Assembly (NCBI GenBank): GCA_038063895.1
Contig: JBBTUG010000006.1
Coordinates: forward strand, 6,701-70,700
DNA from: Patescibacteria group bacterium
GTDB lineage: Bacteria > Patescibacteriota > WWE3 > JAMCXX01 > JBBTUG01
Direction: 5' to 3'
Length of the DNA stretch: 64,000 nucleotides
Shown here in pieces: positions 48,214 to 57,750 of the stretch; positions within the stretch are counted from its first letter, which is position 1, and every line of letters begins with the position of its first letter. A program made the translations under genes and the position numbers. Below the pieces are notes generated by a model. That model worked only from the letters and a program-made list of their open reading frames with translations, made no database searches and was not told where the DNA came from.

Positions 48214-48849
48214 TTACGTGGAAAACGGATTGGTGATGTTGAACCAGCCGTCAAAGGGATCATCAAAATCCGCAATGAGTACCGCCAAGCCACCAAATAG
48301 TACATTCCATCCGATTAAAACCACCACTGTGGTAATCGGGGTGAATTGCACCATCGCCACCAGTAGTGACGAAAAAAAATTGGTGGAAAATAAAGCTATC
48401 CACAGTGCGGTCGGAAGGCGCGTCGTCGCGATTGCGACCAGTTTTCGCCACCGGTCGACTAGCTCAAGACGCAACTCCGTCGGAGCATACCGGAAAGCTT
48501 CTTCAAAGCCCAATTCGGCTTCTCTCCGCCGGCCATAGAAAGCCTCGCCGAGGTTCGAAAGGCTCCTGCGCAGAGAGTTATCGTTTTTGACCCAACCCCC
48601 CTTGTCCGGAAGAATCATCGTTATAGCGTAGAACTCTTCCAGCTTTTCTCTCGTCCCCGCATGTTGGGAAAGGACGAGAAAAAGTAGGAGGCCGATGACA
48701 ATGCCGATGGGCGTAGCGACGATCGAAAAGAATCCGACCAGCGCTCCGGTATCGGAGCTAATGTCTACCATCGCCCGTAAAACTAATCCGGCCGCAGTTC
48801 CTCCTACCGTGGAAGCTACCGCCAGGACCTTAAGAGGAATGTCTCTCAT
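48214..48849 (-). CDS. DUF4239-like membrane protein
   Basis: AAGGAGG SD; several TM segments; C-terminal 'LIADFDDPFDG.F.I..PF'. Confidence 0.6.
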   Translation of the reverse strand: MRDIPLKVLAVASTVGGTAAGLVLRAMVDISSDTGALVGFFSIVATPIGIVIGLLLFLVLSQHAGTREKLEEFYAITMILPDKGGWVKNDNSLRRSLSNLGEAFYGRRREAELGFEEAFRYAPTELRLELVDRWRKLVAIATTRLPTALWIALFSTNFFSSLLVAMVQFTPITTVVVLIGWNVLFGGLAVLIADFDDPFDGWFNITNPFST

Positions 48850-48861
48850 TATTGTGCCTCC

Positions 48862-49146
48862 TTAGGACGGGGTGAAAATAAGCAAGCAGAGAGTGACTGT
48901 ACCGACGATGAGCAGCAGCCACTGCGCCCAGCGTCGACCTTTAATTCGGCTACGTTCCGACAGCCAAAAAGTTCCGGCTGTTATCAACCCGCAAGCAAGC
49001 CGGAAAGTCCAGTCACCCTTAAGTCCGATTGCCTGGATTACCCGTGCCGCAAAAACAGGGAACACAAACCCGGCGGCGACGAAAGCGATAACAAAAATAA
49101 CAGGTGCCACGAGTTCCCCAGCAACGCTCCACATCGATTTGCCCAT
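48862..49146 (-). CDS. Small three-TM hypothetical protein
   Basis: AAAGGAGG SD; hydrophobic segments. Confidence 0.75.
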   Translation of the reverse strand: MGKSMWSVAGELVAPVIFVIAFVAAGFVFPVFAARVIQAIGLKGDWTFRLACGLITAGTFWLSERSRIKGRRWAQWLLLIVGTVTLCLLIFTPS

Positions 49147-49193
49147 AATGCCTCCTTTAGTTGTTTGGTGCCTCTAATATTAAAACTGTATAC

Positions 49194-49222
49194 ATTATAG
49201 GACACTAGGTTCCTTTTGTCAA
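49194..49222 (-). promoter_or_regulatory. Consensus sigma70 promoter
   Basis: TTGACA-N17-TATAAT on the minus strand. Confidence 0.85.
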
Positions 49223-49254
49223 ATGGCGGCTTCCTGTAGAATATATAGAGACAT

Positions 49255-50319
49255 ATGTTTAGTTTTTTAAAACGTTTCGATTGGGGATTATTTTTGGCCG
49301 GGGTGCTGTTGTCGGCTTTTGGTCTATTAGTGATATATTCCCTGTCTCCGGCTACGGCCAAGGAGCAGCTGATCTTTTTCGGAATCGGAATTGTTCTTTA
49401 CTTTTTCGCCGCCCTGCTCGATTACCACTACTTCACCAGTTTTTCCTTAATCCTCTATATTCTGATTTTGATCCTTGTCTCGGCCACTCATTTTTTAGGG
49501 GTTACCGTCTTCGGATCCTCCCGATGGCTTTCTGTAAGTGGAATAAATCTTCAGCCCTCAGAGTTATCAAAGTTAGCGGTGATCTTAGCCCTGGCCTCAT
49601 TTCTTTCCTCAGCCCGTTACCAAGCAAACTCCCTCGTTGCTTACCTTTCCTCCGCGCTAATAGTCCTTTTACCGGCGGCCGTCGTCTTTTTTCAGCCCGA
49701 TTTAGGGACGGCCCTAGTTATTCTGGCGATTTGGGTTGGGATGGTCTTTACCGCCGGCGTCAATTTTAAGTTTATTATGACTTCTCTCGGGTCGTTAGTT
49801 ATCCTCGCCATTCCTTTTTGGCTGGTCCTAAAAGACTATCAACGCAGCCGTTTTTTAACTTTTTTCAGTCCGACTTCCGATCCACTGGGAGCGGGCTATA
49901 ATGTGATTCAATCGATTATTGCTGTCGGGTCGGGGGGAATCTTCGGTCGAGGTTTCGGGCGTGGGACGCAGTCGCACCTTAAATTCCTGCCCGCTAGGCA
50001 CACCGATTTTATTTTCGCCAGCCTGTCGGAAGAGTGGGGTTTAATTGGCGGCTTGATTCTTCTTATCCTGTTTTTATTTTTAGCCTACCGGATAATTAAG
50101 ATTTTAGGCCAGGCGCCGGATAATTTAGGCCTGCTGATCGCCGCTGGGGTTCTCACGATGCTTTTTTTCCAAACGACAGTGAATATCGGGATGAACTTAG
50201 GCTTAATGCCGATTACCGGTATTCCTCTGCCACTTATCTCGTCGGGGGGCAGTTCCTTGGTTATGACCCTTTTTTGCCTGGGCTTAGTGCAGTCTATTGC
50301 TCTCCGAAGAAAGATATAG
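49255..50319 (+). CDS. rodA: SEDS protein RodA
   Basis: 'QPSE..K', 'QPDLGT', 'DPLGAGYN..QS', 'HTDFIF', 'TGIPLP'. Confidence 0.9.
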   Translation: MFSFLKRFDWGLFLAGVLLSAFGLLVIYSLSPATAKEQLIFFGIGIVLYFFAALLDYHYFTSFSLILYILILILVSATHFLGVTVFGSSRWLSVSGINLQPSELSKLAVILALASFLSSARYQANSLVAYLSSALIVLLPAAVVFFQPDLGTALVILAIWVGMVFTAGVNFKFIMTSLGSLVILAIPFWLVLKDYQRSRFLTFFSPTSDPLGAGYNVIQSIIAVGSGGIFGRGFGRGTQSHLKFLPARHTDFIFASLSEEWGLIGGLILLILFLFLAYRIIKILGQAPDNLGLLIAAGVLTMLFFQTTVNIGMNLGLMPITGIPLPLISSGGSSLVMTLFCLGLVQSIALRRKI

Positions 50320-50336
50320 TACTATAGCAAGAGCCT

Positions 50337-50741
50337 ATGGTTAAAAAAGCCGTAAAAACAACTAAAACAGTTAAAAAAGAGGTAAGAAAGGCCGTGGTCA
50401 AACTGGTTAAAAAGGCGCCGGCAAAGTCCGCCTGGGCAGTGGTTCCTCTTTCCGGGACGCAATTACGGGTTCACGAGGGCGATGTTTTCACCATCGACCG
50501 GGTCGGCCCGGAAGTTGGAAAGAGCTTTGAAGTAACTAAGGTTTACCTGGTCAACAACGGCACAGAGTTGAAAATCGGCCAGCCGGAAGTTGCGGGAGCG
50601 AAAGTCGTCTTTGAGGTTCTTGGAGACGAGCGGGGTGAAAAAATTGACGTTTTTAAATTTAAAGCCAAGGCTCGATACCGTAAACGCCACGGCCACCGTT
50701 CCGCTCTATCAAAAGTTAAAGTGATTAGTATTAGTGGCTGA
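50337..50741 (+). CDS. rplU: 50S ribosomal protein L21 with Lys-rich N-terminal extension
   Basis: 'Q.RV.EGD', 'IG.P', 'KFKAK.RYRKR.GHR'; precedes rpmA. Confidence 0.93.
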   Translation: MVKKAVKTTKTVKKEVRKAVVKLVKKAPAKSAWAVVPLSGTQLRVHEGDVFTIDRVGPEVGKSFEVTKVYLVNNGTELKIGQPEVAGAKVVFEVLGDERGEKIDVFKFKAKARYRKRHGHRSALSKVKVISISG

Positions 50742-50754
50742 TTATTTTTAAACT

Positions 50755-51006
50755 ATGGCCCACAAAAAAGCCGGCGGGAGTAAAGCCCGACAAAAAAGTA
50801 ATAAAGAAGGAAAACGTTTAGGCGTAAAGCTTTTCGGCGGTCAGGTGATTAAGACCGGCCAGATAATTTTGCGCCAACACAGTGCGGTTTTTAAAGCCGG
50901 GGAGAATGTTGGGGTCGGCCGCGATTACACCATTTACGCTTTAAAAGACGGTGTTGTTAAGTTTACCCAAATCGCCGATAACCACAGCCGAGTCTCCGTA
51001 GTCTAA
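50755..51006 (+). CDS. rpmA: 50S ribosomal protein L27
   Basis: 'MAHKKAGGS', 'KRLGVK', 'G.NVG.GRD.TI'. Confidence 0.97.
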   Translation: MAHKKAGGSKARQKSNKEGKRLGVKLFGGQVIKTGQIILRQHSAVFKAGENVGVGRDYTIYALKDGVVKFTQIADNHSRVSVV

Positions 51007-51031
51007 TTTATCCTTAACATCCGATAAAAAA

Positions 51032-51069
51032 ACACCCTAAAGGTCGGTGGAGGTTGACCTTCAGGGTGT
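51032..51069. repeat. Palindromic family A copy 5, between convergent genes (possible terminator)
   Basis: ACACCCTAAAGGTC-GGTGGAGGTT-GACCTTCAGGGTGT with A-tract on the left. Confidence 0.8.
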
Positions 51070-51080
51070 AAATGTTTTTC

Positions 51081-52406
51081 TCAACGATCCTCTCTCGGGC
51101 AGTCATCGAACGCAGGGTTCGAGCATACCGTCATCCGCCTTCCCATCTTCATTGGTGCGTGGCAGAACGGACACTGTCCAAGTCCCGTATTAACTTTCGG
51201 CGTCTTAATTCGTTGGCTGCCGACCGGAACGTAAGGAACCCCAAGATTCCACATCCCCGGCTGTGCAACTGACTTCGGACACAGGTGGTTCGCGAAAGCA
51301 AAGTCGCAGCCAGGGCATTGCCACTCTGAGGGGCGGGCAGGAAAGCCTTCCCGTTGATATTTCTGGTAAGTCGCAATCGCCAATTTCAGGCTGACCAGCG
51401 TTTCTTTCCAGAGCCGTGAATCGAAGGGAATGGGTATCTTTTCGAGGCGCATCGGATTGAGGGTTAGTCGGTGGACCCACAACGAAACGTTCTCCGCTTT
51501 AATCCCAAGTCCGGAAAAAGCCTGCATTGCCCAGCTGGCATACAGCGCTAATTGGAGCTGACAGTCCTGATGGTCCAGCTCGGAGTGGATATCGATGCCG
51601 GTCACTTTGTGGTCGATGATCCGGACCGAATACTGGCCGTCGTGCTCAGTGAGAATAACGAGATCAACGGCTCCGTTTAATCCCCATTTTTCTCCCTCAG
51701 TCATCGTGAGGCCGGTACCGGAAAGCAGCCAGTTGAGGTCAATAACCGGGAGACGCATCTCCGCGTCCCACCAGACCAGCTTCGTACCGCTGCGGGCTAA
51801 GGCTTCTCCGTAGGCTTTGACAGACACCATCTGGTGATGATGCCAAAGGAAACGGATAACCTGCTCCAGGTAGTAACGCATCGTCGGAATTTCCCAATCG
51901 TTTTGGGTGCCTATTCTGTGCCGGAAAAACTTTTCATCCGTAAACTTTCCTAAGATGTTGCTCAACCCCCACCGCGTCCGAAAAAATCCGACTTCGCTTA
52001 GTGACTTTTGTTCGGACAGCTGACGGGCGAGGTGGTAAACGGTACCGAAAGCGTTGCCCGGAGAGCTGGGTTGGCATGGATGTTCTTTCCGCAGCTGGTA
52101 GGCAAGCGGACAACCAAATCCCAGCATCTGAACCGCGAGCGTCGGGGTCATCCGGTTTGCCGGCCGGTGTTTTAATATCACCTCGCTGGTCGGTATGCAG
52201 TTTTCGCAAAGCCGTGATTTCGGCGCTTTCTTCCGAGGCAAGCCCGGTAAACTTTTTCCGGGTAAATAAAGGCGGCCGGTTCGTAAAGAGAAATTCCCAC
52301 AGCGGGCGCAAACCGCCGGGTGGTTCCAATTCCGGGATCTGACTAAAGCCGGCTTACGCATCGCTAAATGCGGCTGCATAAGCACCAGTTGTGTCGCTAA
52401 AGTCAT
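51081..52406 (-). CDS. PD-(D/E)XK RecB/Cas4-like nuclease with extra Cys-rich termini
   Basis: 'CP..Y', 'G..YH', 'G.VDL', 'IIDHK', 'QL.LY', 'C..C.F...C'; AAGGAGGTG SD. Confidence 0.82.
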   Translation of the reverse strand: MTLATQLVLMQPHLAMRKPALVRSRNWNHPAVCARCGNFSLRTGRLYLPGKSLPGLPRKKAPKSRLCENCIPTSEVILKHRPANRMTPTLAVQMLGFGCPLAYQLRKEHPCQPSSPGNAFGTVYHLARQLSEQKSLSEVGFFRTRWGLSNILGKFTDEKFFRHRIGTQNDWEIPTMRYYLEQVIRFLWHHHQMVSVKAYGEALARSGTKLVWWDAEMRLPVIDLNWLLSGTGLTMTEGEKWGLNGAVDLVILTEHDGQYSVRIIDHKVTGIDIHSELDHQDCQLQLALYASWAMQAFSGLGIKAENVSLWVHRLTLNPMRLEKIPIPFDSRLWKETLVSLKLAIATYQKYQREGFPARPSEWQCPGCDFAFANHLCPKSVAQPGMWNLGVPYVPVGSQRIKTPKVNTGLGQCPFCHAPMKMGRRMTVCSNPAFDDCPREDR

Positions 52407-52437
52407 CTCACCTCCTTAACCCTTAAATTGTCGGGTG

Positions 52438-53016
52438 CTAATATTTTGCGTGAGCGATAAATGAAAAACTGTTTGGCGGCCAAAGGCGAACAAGACTGCG
52501 GCCGATAATTTCGCTTTTGGTTACCGCGCCCCATGTTCGGGAATCGGAGCTAACCGCGCGGTTATCACCGAAGACGACGTAGGAGTCCGCCGGGACCGTG
52601 TATTTCGTTTGATTTGGCATTGCGGTTTTACCTTCGGTGACCATTCCTGGTTCGAGATAGTCCTCTTTCAACTGGTAGCCTTGGGGATGGGTGGCATTAT
52701 AGATATAGACTTTTCCGTCACTAATCGTGACGCTCTCTCCCGGCAGACCGATCACTCTTTTAATGTAGTCGCGGTGTGGCGGCTCGGGAGATTTGAAAAT
52801 AATAACGTCGCCGCGTTGCGGATTTCTAAAGCGGTAAGTAACTTTATCGGTCAGGAGATATTCGCCATTTTTAAAATCCGGCAACATCGAGTTGCCGTAG
52901 ACCTCGTGCAACTGGGCAACAAAGACGTTCACGACGATAAAGAGCGCGAACGCCAAAACGACGGTTTCGAGGATATCGCTGATAAAGAGATAAAGGTCGT
53001 GAAATATTTTTTTCAT
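52438..53016 (-). CDS. lepB: Signal peptidase I
   Basis: 'GNSMLP', 'RGDVIIF', 'YIKRVIGLPGE', 'GDNR..SSDSR.WG'; ATG at 53016. Confidence 0.95.
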   Translation of the reverse strand: MKKIFHDLYLFISDILETVVLAFALFIVVNVFVAQLHEVYGNSMLPDFKNGEYLLTDKVTYRFRNPQRGDVIIFKSPEPPHRDYIKRVIGLPGESVTISDGKVYIYNATHPQGYQLKEDYLEPGMVTEGKTAMPNQTKYTVPADSYVVFGDNRAVSSDSRTWGAVTKSEIIGRSLVRLWPPNSFSFIAHAKY

Positions 53017-53021
53017 AGGCT

Positions 53022-53098
53022 TGGTGCGCATGCCTGGAATCGAACCAGGGACCTCTACGATGTGAACGTAGCGCTCTAACCATCTGAGCTACATGCGC
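53022..53098 (-). tRNA. tRNA-Val(CAC), CCA encoded
   Basis: GCGCATG acceptor stem; TAGCTCAG; anticodon arm CTACG-TTCACAT-CGTAG; GGTTCGATTCC; 3' ACCA. Confidence 0.96.
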
Positions 53099-53115
53099 TT
53101 AAGAATAAATGGTGT

Positions 53116-53143
53116 CAATGAAACAATGAAACGATGAAACCAT
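53116..53143. repeat. Octamer array in the tRNA leader
   Basis: caatgaaa caatgaaa cgatgaaa ccat. Confidence 0.8.
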
Positions 53144-53224
53144 TCTCCCCTGTAGAATTATAATTCCCCTTCCGTATTAACTCAACCCGAAAATCGGCGG
53201 ATTTTGCTATAATTTTGAAGAATA

Positions 53225-54514
53225 ATGAACCTTCGCGTTAAAAAAGTGGCCGGGAATACGTTGTTCCAATTAGCTGGAAAGGCGGTTTCAATCACCTGTT
53301 CGCTGCTGGCGACGGCGTTAATTACCCGCCGGTTTGGTGAGAATGGCTACGGCCTGTTTGCCCTAATGACGACTTTCGCCGCCTATTTCTACCTGGTGGT
53401 GGATTTCGGCATTAATGCCATCGTGATCCGGGCGGTGACGGAAAATAAGGAAAAGATCGCCGATTACTTCCGCAACCTCTACACTTTCCGTTTTTTGTTC
53501 TCTTTAGTTATCTTTTTAGTTGTTCTTTGCCTTCTGCCCCGGATTAATTTTAAAACCTCCGAACTCAGTCTTGTCCGGTGGGGGATTGCGATCAGTTTAT
53601 TTACGGTTATTTCCCAATCCCTTTATATCTCCGCCAACGCGATCTTCCAAAAAATATCCCGCTACGATCTTTCCAACCTCGCCTTAACCGCCGGAAATAT
53701 TCTGGCCCTACTGCTGACCCTTCTCTTCCTTTTCCTAGGCAAAGATTTGCTGTGGATGGTAGGGGCGACGGTAGTGGGAGCCTTTTTGTCCGTGGCTTTT
53801 TCCTTTGCGCTGATCCGGCCTTTCGTGCACTCCCTTCGGCCGTCGTTCGAGACGAAAGTGTGGAAAGAAATATTACTGCCGTCCTTGCCGGTAGGACTGG
53901 GGCTAATCACGATGGTGATTATGGCCAAGACGGATATGTTTTTGCTCTCAACAATTACTTTGCCCTCAGCTTTGGGCTATACTAACGGCCAGGCTTTAGG
54001 CTTCTACGGTCTGGCCTACAAAGTTTTTGAGACCGCCCTGGTTTTCCCGACCTTCTTTATCAACGCCCTCTACCCGTTACTCTTGGAGGATCATTTTTCC
54101 GACCGGGAGAAACTTAAAAACACCGTGAAGAAATCGGCTCTGTTTCTCTTTCTCATCGGGCTGGTGGCAGCTATTGTAGGCATTATTTTCGCCCCCTTTG
54201 CTATTACGGTTCTGGGTGGGAGCCGTTTCTTACCCGCCGTCGCGCCGCTGCAAATTCTCCTGCTGTCGCTGCCGATCTTCTTTCCTTCGGCTCTGTTTGT
54301 CTGGCTGTTAGTTACGCTAGGGCGGGAAAAATATCTGCCCTTAATTTACGCGTTCGGATCCGTATTTAATATCGCCGGCAATCTGTATTTTATTCCCCGT
54401 TACGGTTTTCTCGCTTCCGCGTGGCTGACCGGAATTACGGAAGTAATTGTTACCGTTTTGACGGCCTATTTATCTTTAAAAATACTTTTTGCCAAGGAAG
54501 GTTCCCGTGCTTAA
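53225..54514 (+). CDS. Wzx-like polysaccharide flippase
   Basis: 'N..FQ..GK', 'G...YG', 'DFG', 'G.Y..AYK'; about 12 TM segments. Confidence 0.9.
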   Translation: MNLRVKKVAGNTLFQLAGKAVSITCSLLATALITRRFGENGYGLFALMTTFAAYFYLVVDFGINAIVIRAVTENKEKIADYFRNLYTFRFLFSLVIFLVVLCLLPRINFKTSELSLVRWGIAISLFTVISQSLYISANAIFQKISRYDLSNLALTAGNILALLLTLLFLFLGKDLLWMVGATVVGAFLSVAFSFALIRPFVHSLRPSFETKVWKEILLPSLPVGLGLITMVIMAKTDMFLLSTITLPSALGYTNGQALGFYGLAYKVFETALVFPTFFINALYPLLLEDHFSDREKLKNTVKKSALFLFLIGLVAAIVGIIFAPFAITVLGGSRFLPAVAPLQILLLSLPIFFPSALFVWLLVTLGREKYLPLIYAFGSVFNIAGNLYFIPRYGFLASAWLTGITEVIVTVLTAYLSLKILFAKEGSRA

Positions 54515-55427
54515 TCCCCTGATATCCATTGTTATTGCCTCAAGCCGAAAAGATAGGAATAAGCTTTCGGCGTGTTTGGATTCCATTTACAAGGGATCTT
54601 TTCCGGCTGCTTCTTTTGAAGTTATTGTTGTCGACAGCGGGGCGGGGGACGAGGCAAAAGATTATCTTTTGGAGACAGCGAAAAGTCGCCCCAACCTTGT
54701 GCCTGCCTTTCCCGGCTTTGGTAATATCGGTCCGGCGCGGGCGCGAAATATTGGGATTAAGCTGGCCAAGTCGTCCTTGGTGGCTTTCACAGATGATGAT
54801 ATTTCGGTTGATCCGCAATGGCTGGAAAAGATTACTAAGGCTTTTCTTGAGCATCCCGAAGTGGCCGCTGTTGGCGGAATGACTTTGCCCCCGGACTCCT
54901 TGAGGCGAAATCCGTTTGCCGAATACGAATCGTCTATCTACCAACGCTATCTGAAAAATGGTTGCGCGGGCAGTTACTTATCAACGACGCGGGACGAGCA
55001 CCCGGTATTTACCGGCAATATTGCTTATCGGAAGGAGGTTTTAGAAAAAGCCGGGGGTTTCAGCGAAAATTTTCCGCCTTTTGTCTATGGGGAAGATGGG
55101 GATTTAAAGGAACGGGTGCTAAAAATGGGCGGCCGGTTTTTGTACATCGACTCGGTAAATTACCACAATACGGAGTACAGTCTCGCCAGCTTTTGGCAAA
55201 AAGAGGAGAAACGGGGGGCGGGGATTTTGCGCTATCGGAAAGACCACTACGGGACGTCTAGGCTTACACCTTTAAGATCGGGGAGCCGTGACCTTAAAGG
55301 TGTTTTGCATATGGTTATGAACTTAATACACCTTAAAGGTGTAAAAAATATTATGGGTATGTTTATTCTGGGTTTGGCGGTTGTCGCCCGACAAGTGGGG
55401 AAAATTCGTTACTATGGAAAAGTCTAA
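54507..55427 (+). CDS. Glycosyltransferase family 2
   Basis: 'EVIVVD', 'GPA.ARN.G', 'FTDDD', 'GED'. Confidence 0.9.
   Translation: MLNPLISIVIASSRKDRNKLSACLDSIYKGSFPAASFEVIVVDSGAGDEAKDYLLETAKSRPNLVPAFPGFGNIGPARARNIGIKLAKSSLVAFTDDDISVDPQWLEKITKAFLEHPEVAAVGGMTLPPDSLRRNPFAEYESSIYQRYLKNGCAGSYLSTTRDEHPVFTGNIAYRKEVLEKAGGFSENFPPFVYGEDGDLKERVLKMGGRFLYIDSVNYHNTEYSLASFWQKEEKRGAGILRYRKDHYGTSRLTPLRSGSRDLKGVLHMVMNLIHLKGVKNIMGMFILGLAVVARQVGKIRYYGKV
55266..55342. repeat. Palindromic family A copy 6 plus a loop-less copy (in the GT2 gene)
   Basis: ACACCTTTAAGATC-GGGGAGCCGT-GACCTTAAAGGTGT (55266-55303); ACACCTTAAAGGTGT (55328-55342). Confidence 0.85.
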
Positions 55428-56538
55428 AATTCTTTTTACCGACCATACTCCTTTCGTCGGTGGGGCGCAGCTGGCGCTTCTCCGTCACCTCCGGCACCTG
55501 TCTCGGGATCGGTATACCCCTTTCGTTGCCTGTTCCGACGCGGTTCCTCTGTTTGTTGAAAAGTTACGGGCGGCTGAAACTGCAACCACGATTTTAGCCT
55601 TTCCCAAATTGAAGTTACTCGGTCTCCCGTCAGTAGCTAACCTCATTAAAATCACTTGGGAGCTTTGTATAATAATCCGGAAGGAAAAGATTGACGTTAT
55701 CGTAGCCAATACTGAGCGGGCGGCCTATCCGTCTCTTTTGGCGGCGAAACTAACTGGCCGGCCGTTTATTTTGTGGGTTCGGGATTTTGAGTACGGGCAG
55801 AAGATGTTTGCCTTCTTGGCATTTTTTAGTTCGGACGTGGTTTTCGTTTCCCGGGCCCTGAAAAATTATTATCACAGTGATAAGGGACACGTTGTTTATG
55901 TCGGCACCGAAGTACCGCAATCCACTACAACCGCTGATACAACCCATTACCCCCTGATTCACATCGGCTTCGCTGGTCGGCTGGTCGCCTGGAAAGGCGC
56001 GCAAGTCCTAATTGAGGCGGCCCGGTTGCTGAAAGAGGAGAACTTTCTTCCCGGTGGCTGGCAGATAGTTATTGCCGGCTCGGGGGAAAATCAGGCGGGG
56101 TCGAATGAGATGGAGCTTCACCAAATGGTGGAAAGAGGGGGTTTGCAGACTGTTATTAAATTTTCCGGTTTTAGAGAACAGATGACTGAGTTTTACGAAT
56201 CACTGGACATTTTTGTCCACCCGTCAATTAAGCCCGAACCATTCGCTACGGTAGTCGTGGAGGCGATGGCCTTGGGGCTTCCGGTTGTAGCGAGTAACGC
56301 CGGGGGAACGCCGGAAATAATAAAGGACGGGGAAAACGGCTTCCTCTTTCCGAGCGGAGACGCCCAATCTCTCACGGGACAGCTGAAAATATTATTATTG
56401 GATAAGGAGTTACGGAAAAGAATTGGGGAGAATGCGCGCGAAACTGTGCACTCGGAATTTACGGAAGAGAAGGTGACCGGGCAGATGGAAACTATATATG
56501 GAGAGGTTCTCCCCGCCGGGTGGCGGATCGAACGGTAA
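55414..56538 (+). CDS. Glycosyltransferase family 4
   Basis: 'GGAQ', 'GRL..WKG', 'EPF...VVEAMA.G.PVV'. Confidence 0.92.
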   Translation: MEKSKILFTDHTPFVGGAQLALLRHLRHLSRDRYTPFVACSDAVPLFVEKLRAAETATTILAFPKLKLLGLPSVANLIKITWELCIIIRKEKIDVIVANTERAAYPSLLAAKLTGRPFILWVRDFEYGQKMFAFLAFFSSDVVFVSRALKNYYHSDKGHVVYVGTEVPQSTTTADTTHYPLIHIGFAGRLVAWKGAQVLIEAARLLKEENFLPGGWQIVIAGSGENQAGSNEMELHQMVERGGLQTVIKFSGFREQMTEFYESLDIFVHPSIKPEPFATVVVEAMALGLPVVASNAGGTPEIIKDGENGFLFPSGDAQSLTGQLKILLLDKELRKRIGENARETVHSEFTEEKVTGQMETIYGEVLPAGWRIER

Positions 56539-56545
56539 TTAGTGG

Positions 56546-56573
56546 CTATGAAACAATGAAACAATGAAACCAT
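56546..56573. repeat. Octamer array
   Basis: ctatgaaa caatgaaa caatgaaa ccat. Confidence 0.8.
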
Positions 56574-57750
56574 GAGAATTACTAAGGCATTTCTCTACAT
56601 TTTTATTTTATCGCTGACCCTTGGACAACTGGGCAGTTACCGGTTTGGGGAGGGTGTGGTTTATATCTCGGATTTACTGCTGGCGGCTTTAATCGTCATC
56701 TGGCTGCTGGAAAGTTTTTTGGTTATCCGTTCCTTAAGACTTGAGCGTAAGGGGATTTTTATCTTTTTGTTCGGGGTGGTTTCCCTCCTAACCCTTCTTA
56801 ATGCCACCAGGTTTTTCAGCTCCGCCGAAATTATTACTGGCAGTTTGTACTGGTTCCGTTGGGTCGCTTATGCGCTTGTTTATTTCCTGGTTCGGGATTT
56901 AATCACCAAAGGAGAAAAGATTCGTGAGCCGATCATATTTCTTTTAATTGTTGACGGCCTTTTTCTGGCTCTGTCTGGTTTTATCCAATTGGCGGTTATT
57001 CCGGATTTCCGCCTCCAGGCGGTGGAATCAGGCTGGGACCCACACAAAAACCGTCTGCTTTCGACCTTTTTCGACCCGAATTTTACCGGGGCTTTTTTGT
57101 CTTTAACTTTGAGTTTAGTCATCAGCCGGCTTTTTTCGCCGGGGCGAAAATTGCTCTACGTTGTGGCTTTACCAGTTCTTCTATTAGCCCTTCTCCTAAC
57201 CTTCTCCCGCAGTGCCTGGCTGATGTTCGGCGTGATTATCCTGGTCTTCGGCCTTCTCCGTTCCCGTTGGCTCTTATTGCTCGCCGTTTTTCTCGCTTTC
57301 TCCGCCTACTTTTTCGTGCCCCGGGTGCAGACCCGACTTTCGGGGGTAACGGATCCGGCCGATTCCGCTCACTTTCGGCTCATCTCGTGGAATAATACTT
57401 TGAAAATCGCCGGCGACTATCCGCTCAGTGGCGTCGGGTTTAATCTTTTCCGCTACGCCCAGGCTGATTACGGCTTCTTCGGTTTTCGCGATCCCTCGGG
57501 AGGGCACGCCGGGGCCGGTTCCGATTCCAGCTGGCTTTTGGTTCTCGCTACCACCGGTGTTTTCGGGTTTCTAATTTTCAGTCTGCTATATTTACGTCTT
57601 TTATTGGAAAGCTGGAAGGCTCGAGGCACTGTCGTTGGTTTGGCGCTTCTGGCGGCTTTAGCGGGATTAGTAGTCGAAACCAACTTCATCAATGCTCTTT
57701 TTTATGTGCCCATAATGTCATGGGTCTGGCTTGTGGCAGCGCTTCTATAA
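56572..57750 (+). CDS. O-antigen ligase/Wzy-like protein
   Basis: 'R..STFFDPN', 'TFSRS', 'R..SW', 'GVGFN'. Confidence 0.88.
   Translation: MRITKAFLYIFILSLTLGQLGSYRFGEGVVYISDLLLAALIVIWLLESFLVIRSLRLERKGIFIFLFGVVSLLTLLNATRFFSSAEIITGSLYWFRWVAYALVYFLVRDLITKGEKIREPIIFLLIVDGLFLALSGFIQLAVIPDFRLQAVESGWDPHKNRLLSTFFDPNFTGAFLSLTLSLVISRLFSPGRKLLYVVALPVLLLALLLTFSRSAWLMFGVIILVFGLLRSRWLLLLAVFLAFSAYFFVPRVQTRLSGVTDPADSAHFRLISWNNTLKIAGDYPLSGVGFNLFRYAQADYGFFGFRDPSGGHAGAGSDSSWLLVLATTGVFGFLIFSLLYLRLLLESWKARGTVVGLALLAALAGLVVETNFINALFYVPIMSWVWLVAALL

Noticed and set aside
50337-50430. Lys-rich N-terminal extension of L21
   Set aside because: Low-complexity extensions of ribosomal proteins are common; nothing further supports a special role
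52990-53100. tRNA-Val as the integration site of an island
   Set aside because: No integrase and no duplicated tRNA 3' end seen in the window
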